NCBI GenBank assembly: GCA_030066015.1 | Contig: JASJCL010000014.1 | Coordinates: 6,674-70,673 of the forward strand | Length of the DNA: 64,000 nucleotides | DNA from: Desulfosarcinaceae bacterium | Lineage (GTDB): Bacteria; Desulfobacterota; Desulfobacteria; Desulfobacterales; Desulfosarcinaceae | Direction: 5' to 3' | In this document: piece by piece, positions 57,701 through 64,000 of the stretch | Layout of the letters: each line of letters begins with the position of its first letter | Numbering within the stretch: position 1 is the stretch's first letter | Notes under the pieces: model-generated | What the model was told of the DNA's origin: nothing | The model's database searches: none | The model's input: only the letters and a program-made list of their open reading frames with translations | Translations under genes and position numbers: made by a program

Positions 57701-57809
57701 CCGCGGCCGAGGTGCGCTCCCAGGCTCGCGGCAGCCACACAAGGGTGACCGAGAGAATGGCCAGCAAAAAGCCCAGCGATTTGGCGATGCGGTGGCGTTT
57801 TCCTGCCAT
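54741..57809 (-). CDS. Large (1022 aa) membrane-anchored/exported protein, N-terminal GH57/GH38/deacetylase-like fold suspected
   Basis: N-terminal hydrophobic anchor IAKSLGFLLAILSVTLVWL. The first ~300 aa (HIAFGFHVNLYHSF...VILMSYNNG...) look like a 7-stranded beta/alpha-barrel carbohydrate enzyme. I do not recognise the remaining ~650 aa. Confidence 0.6.
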   Translation of the reverse strand: MAGKRHRIAKSLGFLLAILSVTLVWLPRAWERTSAAATPYRVHIAFGFHVNLYHSFRGDTNDANGFGQDIRVIRHIISELDRFNQAGIPVSAVWDFDNLFSLETLLPAHAPDILQDVQRRVREDRDEVILMSYNNGLAAAMNHEEFMASVQMAISNENGSGVRDLFGKVTPVVRPQEMMTTPGNFKRYRELGIDYVSLYYSATPFDAFRVFSRELTPTEAHNPIRYQNPASGEEITIIPTYHPGDLVEHVSLREWAAALHRLQAEGQIDRDVLLFINFDADAEFWAGADLPWHLDWLPNTGGIAQLVSSVADLAYVRFTKLGDYLAHHSPAGTVRFTQDTADGSFHGFNSWAEKASTTEYWTRILRNRRATEAARRVAAMAGDLSSQGPPELSPRQLETNLETAFALRLRALSTTNFGLATPFLARQREAAMAELLARLDETSDRLEAFAAARAQALIQQTAAPRLPPWAGPLVETIVHLNRQTAGGAAGESHLDLVLPAHLADNFKYLLVDPSGHRIPARTIRRVPGPDGRSTALILRAETPGSLPDGVYFIHQPSPDPSAPSPDSDRIRADRHLLTNGAIAVHFDDRGHVTEVTHGGTPMLVAGSLIPYFTHNGQRHRPERLTVTVAADGAQGIASVRLSGPWEGPPGRTRRPGWINYRLRLLRGDPYLYIDGTVRYPDTVRDTVIQAQKPMLARKIDKGWEAVAPLELRFAPRTHAGRPFRIHKRNYLGEAAAYPVDYFRHALENRHVTSINNHITAAYAGVTAAGQGMAVALNPTVSANFAFCPFRMTHVAATDRFAIRANPFGTYAGRQILPPTRGNRQGYEAVLQTAPQFHSAAPTFNGHRLRFGLMVAFFDGDLVPADVQGDLIAFAQRGQVISAGDTARPARADAEREGRFAPLPPAGFLALPHATGVVFQWDVGAPPGTIYHIHCRGLADSGPLRFTTRAHSLLVDKAAFTPSDGAFQAAIEAHYPDGAISAPSPEIRFHIDGEIASEYTIPLDLKAKVFMANVGAWFRRLLL

Positions 57810-57860
57810 GGCGCAGATCCTGTTCAGCGGTGATCGGCGGACAAGCGAACCCTTCGCTCA

Positions 57861-57886
57861 TCAACTTCTAACAAAAATCTAACAAT
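57861..57886 (+). promoter_or_regulatory. TCAACTT + two TCTAACA copies 11 bp apart
   Basis: TCAACTTCTAACAAAAATCTAACAAT, in the divergent region between the 1022-aa gene and the lipid kinase gene, 48 nt before ATG 57934. Confidence 0.3.
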
Positions 57887-57933
57887 AGCGGCCGCTGCAT
57901 TCAATTCCAAAGCGCCCATTTTGTAGGGAATTA

Positions 57934-58842
57934 ATGAAAGTGATGCGCCCCTCACCACCCGCAGATGCCGCTACCGGCCGCATCGCCCTCCTGGCCAATC
58001 CAGCGTCGGGCAGCCTGCCCCCAAACAGGCGCTATGCTGCCTTGAAGCGGGCCGCCGCCGTCCTGCGGGCACAGGTGTACGGTCTGGATACCGCAACGGC
58101 GCAGGAGTTCGCCCAGTGCGCCCGCGACACCGCTTCGCGTTGCGACCTACTGGTGGTGGCGGGGGGAGACGGCAGCTTCTCCCTGGTGATCAACGCCGTC
58201 GACCTCTCCACTGCAACCCTCGCCTTTTTGCCCTTTGGAACGGGCAACGCCCTCAGCCATGCCCTGGGCTACCGCGGGTCGATCGAGGAGATCGCCGCCA
58301 GGCTGCTCGCCGGACGACCGCGCAACTGCGACCTCATCGACTGTGACGGCCGCACCACGGCCTTCATGGTGTCGCTGGGGATCGATGGCTGTGCCATTGA
58401 ATGGTACGAGCGCTACAAGCGGCGGGGGTACCGCGGCTTGAACGCCCACCTGCGCGCCGGCCTGAGCGCCCTCGTCAGCGGGTATCGGCCCGTCGGCGCC
58501 CGCATCGATGTGGATGGAGCGGTTCGACGGGTCAGACGACTCTACAGCCTCATGGTGATGAAACAGCCCTTTTTCGGTATGGGCCTGGAGGTGGTGCCCC
58601 GGGCTCGATGGGACGACGGGCGCCTGCACACCCAGACCTTCGCCACTGGATACTTGGGGCTCGCGGCGGGACTCATCACGGGCTTCACCATCGGCAACCG
58701 GTCGGGCGCGTATCGACCCGGCCGCCGGGTCCATGCCGCGCTGGATGCGCCCAGATCGCTCCAAATTGACGGTGAGGTGGGCTGGCGCAGTGATCGCTTC
58801 GACTTCCGCCTGCTGCCGGGCGCTCTGCGGCTGCGCTTCTGA
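57934..58842 (+). CDS. Diacylglycerol kinase-family lipid kinase (YegS/BmrU-like)
   Basis: LLVVAGGDGSFSLVINAV (GGDG), FLPFGTGNAL and a C-terminal beta-sandwich region. Confidence 0.8.
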   Translation: MKVMRPSPPADAATGRIALLANPASGSLPPNRRYAALKRAAAVLRAQVYGLDTATAQEFAQCARDTASRCDLLVVAGGDGSFSLVINAVDLSTATLAFLPFGTGNALSHALGYRGSIEEIAARLLAGRPRNCDLIDCDGRTTAFMVSLGIDGCAIEWYERYKRRGYRGLNAHLRAGLSALVSGYRPVGARIDVDGAVRRVRRLYSLMVMKQPFFGMGLEVVPRARWDDGRLHTQTFATGYLGLAAGLITGFTIGNRSGAYRPGRRVHAALDAPRSLQIDGEVGWRSDRFDFRLLPGALRLRF

Positions 58843-59173
58843 AGCACCCTGGCAGCCTGCTGCCGCCGCCGCGATCCTGCCCCGAAACACCCGGCCATTG
58901 ACCAGGGACACCTCGCCCGCCCGATCGATGCGGGCCCTTATCTCCGCTGAAACAGCGGTGACGTCGGCGGGGGAACCCAATATCGGCGCGTCCGCCAGGA
59001 TGTCGTTGCAACGATCCTCCTTTTATACTCAGCACGGATGCTTCTTCTCCCGGCAATTGCAGCAGGGTTCCGGTATTCCCGCCGTTACAGGGGCTTCCAG
59101 TGATGACCGCCCCAAACGGCGCCCCGCGGGGGAATGATGTCCGTGACGAAGCGGATGCTGGCTGTTTCGACAA

Positions 59174-59203
59174 TTGACAAGGCGGCCTGAGGGACGCTAC
59201 GCT
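59174..59203 (+). promoter_or_regulatory. Candidate sigma70 promoter with ~280-nt leader before the 59488 gene
   Basis: TTGACA (59174-59179), 18-nt spacer, TACGCT (59198-59203). Confidence 0.3.
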
Positions 59204-59487
59204 GGTGTCGTCACCCAATCAATGGCAGCTTGAGTTGCGCTTCAGCGCGCTTCCCCCTGACGATGATGGACGGACGGCAACACTGACCTTAGGTTTATGG
59301 CTGTCGATGCGTCTCAGTGCCCGTTCACCAACCTTCCCTATTGCGCCCGCTTGCCGCTGCATCGATCCCCAGCTCCCACGCACGTCCAAACAGCTTGTGA
59401 AGCAGCATCGAATTGGATTCGGCGGTGGGGTCATTTACCGAAGCACGGCCGGATCCAAGTCACTACCCGTATGAAAGGAGGCCCACC

Positions 59488-60066
59488 ATGAAGAACCTGT
59501 TGATCGCTTGCATCGCCATCGCCGCCATCACTTGGCCGACGGGCGTGTTTGCGGAAGATTTCGAGGTCATCGAATGCGGCTATACCTATTACACCCATCT
59601 GCATGGCGAGAGCGGGCTGCCGATTGTGACGAATTACCGGCAGAGGGGCGTCATCCGCAGCACAGGCGCGCACGCCTTTCTCAACGATGCCACCTACTAT
59701 GTGGAGGGCATGCTGACCCGGCCGCCATCGGAAGGCCAATATCTCGATTTCGAAGAGGGCGACGGTCGCTACGCCATTGTGATCGTGGATGCGGATGGCG
59801 ACATGATCCTGGGCCATGAAACGGGCGACATCACCCGCTACTACCTGGGGGCTGGCGCCCGTCTCAGCGGCGAGTTCACCGATGGCACCGGTAAATACCA
59901 GGGAATCCGCGGCGCCTTCGAATTCTCGAGATTGCCGCAAAAGGAAGAAAAGCTGGTGGATGCGTTACAACAGCATCTGGCGGAATTGCCCCCCTTCGGT
60001 CCCCGTGGCTGGCATGACCACGACATGTGCAACCGCGTGACGGGCTCCTATGAGATAGACCTATGA
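59488..60066 (+). CDS. Secreted protein of unknown function
   Basis: ATG 59488 behind AAAGGAGG. Signal peptide MKNLLIACIAIAAITWPTGVFA. 192 aa. Confidence 0.65.
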   Translation: MKNLLIACIAIAAITWPTGVFAEDFEVIECGYTYYTHLHGESGLPIVTNYRQRGVIRSTGAHAFLNDATYYVEGMLTRPPSEGQYLDFEEGDGRYAIVIVDADGDMILGHETGDITRYYLGAGARLSGEFTDGTGKYQGIRGAFEFSRLPQKEEKLVDALQQHLAELPPFGPRGWHDHDMCNRVTGSYEIDL

Positions 60067-60215
60067 GGAGGACGCCACTACAGCGACGCGATCGCTTCAT
60101 TTCTGGCCGCGGGTATCCGCCGGCGCATGGGGAAGGCCGGTGAGCATCTCCCACCGGCCTCATACTTCCGCCCATCGGGACCATTGCCACAGCGGGCCAT
60201 GGTGCCGCTGCGGCC

Positions 60216-61052
60216 CTAATCAATGGTAAAACAGGTTTCCATGGCGGTCTGGTTTCCGCTCTCTTCCCGCACCAGGATCTCCAGTTTGAACTCGTCCGCC
60301 TGATCCGTAATCACCTCTGGAATGACCACTTCTTCTACCTCCGCCGGCAGGTCCATACTAATGTTGCCCTCAAAGCCCTCCTCGGTCTCGAACTCGACGA
60401 CGACCTGATAGCGGACCACCTCGATGGGCGCGTTGGTGATGCCGAGTTCGGGGTGGGACAAGGTCACCGGTTCCCAGGCGACGGTGACGGGCGGGATTAC
60501 CGCCGGCAGGGGCTCGGCGTCACAATCGTCCGCCACCGCCACTCCGTTGATCGTCACATTCTCCGGTGGGGCCGGCAGGAGATGGGTCAGCTCGGCGACG
60601 CTTTCCAGCTCCTGACCGTCCAGGGTGACGCCCTCGATCTCATAGTACCCTTCACGAAAGCGGCGAAAGAAGCGGTTGGGGTTCAGTTCGTCAAAGGTCG
60701 GCTCGGCACTTTCGAAAAACAGCTCCGTGAGGCCTTGCCGCCGCAACCGGCCCTGAACGAAGATGTTCAGCATTTTGCGCTCTCTGGGGTCTTCGATCTC
60801 CAGCCGCCGCCAGGGTTCACCGTCGATGAGGCTGTGGATGCCCAGGTCACCGTCGGTGTCATTGAGTTCGAAGTAAATCTCGGCCACGTCGAAGGGGATC
60901 TCCCCCTCATCGGACCAGTCCCCATCGCCAGCCCACAGCGGCGCCGGCCCCGCGCAAAGGCCGAAGAGTGCCAGGGCTACGACCCAGGCAGCCCATCCAA
61001 TGCTGCCCCCCATCCTCTCTGTCCTCTTTATGGTTTCCCTTCCGTTTTGCAT
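60216..61052 (-). CDS. Secreted acidic protein of unknown function
   Basis: GGAGG RBS. Hydrophobic signal-like segment WAAWVVALALFGLCAGPAPLWA. Very Asp/Glu-rich mature part. Confidence 0.6.
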   Translation of the reverse strand: MQNGRETIKRTERMGGSIGWAAWVVALALFGLCAGPAPLWAGDGDWSDEGEIPFDVAEIYFELNDTDGDLGIHSLIDGEPWRRLEIEDPRERKMLNIFVQGRLRRQGLTELFFESAEPTFDELNPNRFFRRFREGYYEIEGVTLDGQELESVAELTHLLPAPPENVTINGVAVADDCDAEPLPAVIPPVTVAWEPVTLSHPELGITNAPIEVVRYQVVVEFETEEGFEGNISMDLPAEVEEVVIPEVITDQADEFKLEILVREESGNQTAMETCFTID

Positions 61053-61354
61053 GTCGACCTCCTTATCTGGTGTGAATGGTTCGGCACAGATACTGCCGAT
61101 CTGTGCCGTGAATGTGCCGGAAGTACTTCAGCCATGGGATCTGATTGACTTCCGTTATGTGGAAGGTAACCGACCAAGCTTATCTATAGGTTAGGGGGGA
61201 ATTATGATTTTATAATGTGGAGAGAATTTACGGCACTGTCACGAAGACGGAAGATGATGGGGGTGCTGATCTTGGATCGCCCACGCCAAACCAATGCCCG
61301 CACCGCACCCGTCTGCAGCCCGGCCGGCGGGGCTGGCCTCGCTGGAAAGACCCA

Positions 61355-62521
61355 TTAATACTCGAATGCGAGTTGCAGCAGCACCATTTGCTGCTGATCC
61401 TCGATCGTGCTGTCCGGCGCCTTTTCGAAGCGACTATACCGATACTCCACGGAGATGATGGACCATTCTGAAAGCGCAAGGTTGCCGCCGACGATCCAAC
61501 GGTGGTCGAGAATTTCGTCCTGATCGCCACTGGCATCATCTTCGAACTGCTCGTAGCGTGCCGCCAACTCCGCGGCATCCGTCACGGCGGCCGCTATACC
61601 GGCGACCCAGGCCGATTCGCGACGTTCCTGCCCGTCCTCTCCCGCTTCGCGGGTCAACGCGGTGATCCATTCGGCATCACCGCGCAGGCGCCCCAGGGAG
61701 ATACCGAGCGCCGCCCCCAGCGACTGGTTGCGGCGGCCATCCCCGGGTTCATTGTTGTAAAACAGGGCCATCTCCAGGAGATCCTCGAACGGTGCCGCCG
61801 ACACGTTCACGACGGTGGCGCTATAAAGGGGATCGTCCGCCCGTCCCTCTCGTGCTTCAAAGGCATCGAAGGCTTCCAGATTATCGAGGATGGCGGGCGT
61901 CTCGTAGATGGCCAAAGAGATGTCCAAACCAATGATATCGGGGGCGAACCCGATGATGACGCCCAAGTCGTCGATCTCGTAGATCTCTTCGGTCAGCGTG
62001 CCCTCAATGAGATGGTCTTCAAACACACCAAAGGGCATTTCGGTGCGTCCGGCAATCAGATAGAGGGGAAGGCCGGGCGCTTCCAAGGTCATCTTCGCCT
62101 CACTCACGATGAGACGGCCCTCTTCTCCGTTTTTTCCGAGATCCTCGGCCGAAACGACGAGCTTCACTTTACTCCATTCGGTAAAAAAAGCGCGCAAGGC
62201 CGCTTCGATGGAGCTGATAAAAAAATCGGAGCTGTCCTCCCGCCGAGCGTCTTCCAGATCTTCAATATCGAGATACTCAAAATTGAATTCTGCGAACCCA
62301 TTAAGCCGCATCGGTATCCCGAAGGCGGCGAAGGTCAGGCCGTCTGGCGTGTCAGTGTCTACGTCAGGTTCCTCCCCTGCTTCGGCGGCAGACGAGAGCC
62401 GGTCCGGAGCGGGACCGCTTGGTGCAATTGGATGCTGCGCCGGCGCCAGACCGGGTGCCAGCAGGCACCCAAGTCCCAAAAGGATCGCCCCCAAATGCCA
62501 GCAAAGCCGATTCGCATCCAT
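61355..62521 (-). CDS. Putative outer-membrane beta-barrel (porin-like) protein
   Basis: Signal peptide (LGAILLGLGCLLAPGLAPAQ), alternating amphipathic strands, and C-terminal ...VLLQLAFEY ending in an aromatic residue, as in OMP beta-signals. Confidence 0.55.
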   Translation of the reverse strand: MDANRLCWHLGAILLGLGCLLAPGLAPAQHPIAPSGPAPDRLSSAAEAGEEPDVDTDTPDGLTFAAFGIPMRLNGFAEFNFEYLDIEDLEDARREDSSDFFISSIEAALRAFFTEWSKVKLVVSAEDLGKNGEEGRLIVSEAKMTLEAPGLPLYLIAGRTEMPFGVFEDHLIEGTLTEEIYEIDDLGVIIGFAPDIIGLDISLAIYETPAILDNLEAFDAFEAREGRADDPLYSATVVNVSAAPFEDLLEMALFYNNEPGDGRRNQSLGAALGISLGRLRGDAEWITALTREAGEDGQERRESAWVAGIAAAVTDAAELAARYEQFEDDASGDQDEILDHRWIVGGNLALSEWSIISVEYRYSRFEKAPDSTIEDQQQMVLLQLAFEY

Positions 62522-62604
62522 CGCAACGCCTCCAAAAAAGGGTCCGTTATGGAATGGGGTTGCGGCGGATCAACGCCGCTTCCCTGTGAACCAAACGTAG
62601 TCCA

Positions 62605-62633
62605 ACTATACAATAGAACTTGCACCCTGAGAA
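62605..62633 (-). promoter_or_regulatory. Candidate sigma70 promoter for the porin-like gene
   Basis: Minus strand has TTCTCA, a 17-nt spacer and TATAGT. Confidence 0.3.
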
Positions 62634-62957
62634 TTCGTTTGGGTCTTCCCGGTGGACCCTTTGACCTGCGGCGCAGTCGCATACCGGTGACCAGCGTCGC
62701 TTCTCGATTCTCCTAAACGCAGAGGGGGACGGGAGTTCGGGGTACCGGCATTCACGGGAGCGGCGGCGCTCGAAACCGAGAGGCGGGTTTCAACATTATG
62801 AAAACATAATCTTCTCGTAAGGAACGGCTAATCCTGATCTGTAATTCTGAACCAGTCGGGACGGTCGTCCGCGAGAGAGACGGCCTGCCCGCGCCGCTGA
62901 GATGTAGTGCAATGCCGGCAGCGATGAAACGCGTCGGCACGATTTGAGGCGTCAGAT

Positions 62958-64000
62958 ATGTTCCCCATGAACCAGTATACGCTATGGCGACGACTCTCTT
63001 TTCGTCTGACACTCTGGTACAGTCTCATTTTCACGCTCTGTGCGGCCATCCTGCTGCTCATCTTCTATATGCGTGTCGCTTACATCACGGGCGAACGGAT
63101 GGATGACGAGTTGGAAGAGGAGATGGGCGAATTCGCGGATATCATGCGGACCTCGGGTCTGCAGGCCGTCATCGATGAGATACGGGTTGAGGAGCATTTG
63201 GAGGCGCCTGGGGCCATTTTCATGCGCCTGTTGTCGCTGCGCGGTTCGGTTCTCACTTCGACGGATACCGCCCCCTGGGGCGGACAAATCCCCATCGATC
63301 ACCAGAAGATATTGCAGAAGATCCGCGAGGCAGACACCTTCTACGAAACGATTGATCTTGTGCGGCATCCCTACGCAATGCGCGCCATCTATCAGGCGCT
63401 CAACCCCTATGTGGTGATGCAGATTGGCGCATCCCTGGAGGAGAGTGACGCCTACCTGGATATCTTCCGTCAACTATTGCTGCTGATACTTGCGCCGGTG
63501 GTCCTCATCTCCGCGGTGGTGGGCGGGTTCATGGCCAACCAGGCCCTCGCCGACGTGGATGCAGTTGCCCGTACCGCCGAAGAGATCGCCAATGGCAACA
63601 CCCATAGACGGGTGAAAATAGTGCGGCAGTTTGTGGAGATTGAACGTCTGGCCAGCTCCTTCAACACCATGGTCGACCAACTCCACACCCTGATCAAACA
63701 GATGCGCGAAATGACCGACAATATTGCCCATGATCTGCGCAGCCCCCTGACCCGCATCCGCGGGTTTGCCGAGATGACCTTAATTGGCCACAGCACACCG
63801 GCGGATTTCCAGGAGATGGCGGTCAATACCGTGGAGGAGTGCGACAATCTGATCCACATGATCAACACCATGCTCGATATTGCCGAAGCCGAATCCGGTA
63901 TCGGGACCAACCGGGTCGAACCGGTCGAACTGGGGCCCTTGATCGACGACGCGTGTGCCCTGTTCAATGGTCTGGCCTCCCATAAAGGTATCCATCTACA
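62958..64000 (+). CDS. Sensor histidine kinase (TM - periplasmic loop - TM - HAMP - HisKA), 3' end cut by window edge
   Basis: Not in the supplied ORF track because there is no stop in the window. Hand translation gives MFPMNQYTLWRRLSFRLTLWYSLIFTLCAAILLLIFY..., a second TM LLLLILAPVVLISAVVGGFMA, HAMP (IERLASSFNTMVDQL) and H-box MTDNIAHDLRSPLTRIRGFAEM. GAGG RBS. Confidence 0.85.
   Translation, partial: MFPMNQYTLWRRLSFRLTLWYSLIFTLCAAILLLIFYMRVAYITGERMDDELEEEMGEFADIMRTSGLQAVIDEIRVEEHLEAPGAIFMRLLSLRGSVLTSTDTAPWGGQIPIDHQKILQKIREADTFYETIDLVRHPYAMRAIYQALNPYVVMQIGASLEESDAYLDIFRQLLLLILAPVVLISAVVGGFMANQALADVDAVARTAEEIANGNTHRRVKIVRQFVEIERLASSFNTMVDQLHTLIKQMREMTDNIAHDLRSPLTRIRGFAEMTLIGHSTPADFQEMAVNTVEECDNLIHMINTMLDIAEAESGIGTNRVEPVELGPLIDDACALFNGLASHKGIHL

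Noticed and set aside
54253-57886. TCTAACAAT direct repeats as target-site duplications of a 3.6-kb insertion carrying the InsA-like zinc-ribbon gene
   Set aside because: No transposase and no terminal inverted repeats. Composition matches the flanks. A third copy of the motif at 36866 argues for a regulatory motif instead.
58147-59218. ORFs 58147..58980 (-) and 58685..59218 (-) in and beyond the lipid-kinase gene
   Set aside because: They are largely antisense to the kinase gene, with Arg/Gly/Pro-rich translations. An AAGGAGGA sequence near 59020 has no credible ORF behind it.

Overview
High-GC bacterial chromosomal segment. The gene content (class III ribonucleotide reductase NrdDG, a non-Pyl MttB-family methyltransferase, Xsc, PocR, FIST and many chemotaxis/second-messenger proteins) suggests an anaerobic, signalling-rich Desulfobacterota-like organism; this is inference only. 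I support about 50 protein genes.

Gene content:
- Housekeeping: lepA, leuCD-type dehydratase, nrdDG.
- Signalling: 2 MCPs, 2 histidine kinases (one hybrid, one cut by the window end and absent from the ORF track), an RR-GGDEF, an HD-GYP, FIST-PAS-PP2C, PocR-PAS-LuxR and 2 cNMP-binding proteins.
- Other: an SQR-like flavoprotein/DUF1641 operon, an RND efflux pair, a solitary xsc, and several lipoproteins or secreted proteins of unknown function.
- No rRNA, tRNA, CRISPR array, transposase or integrase was recognised.

Most interesting locus (44.7-46.1 kb): two divergent cobalamin riboswitches sit back to back.
- One lies in the nrdDG leader, a known type of B12 control.
- The other ends in a strong attenuator terminator directly upstream of an unannotated-type 98-aa protein made of four 24-residue repeats, each with an H-x-x-G motif.
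- That gene is followed by a 7-copy 15/16-bp tandem DNA repeat and an RND pump.

Other points of note:
- a rhomboid protease fused to a DnaJ-C-like domain;
- tandem paralogous lipoproteins;
- a cNMP-CBS-DUF294/exonuclease operon;
- an MCP with a C-terminal Cache-like domain;
- a recurring TCTAACA(AT) promoter-region motif;
- a more A/T-rich island at 36.8-38.5 kb.

All functional calls come from motif recognition by eye. No database search was run.
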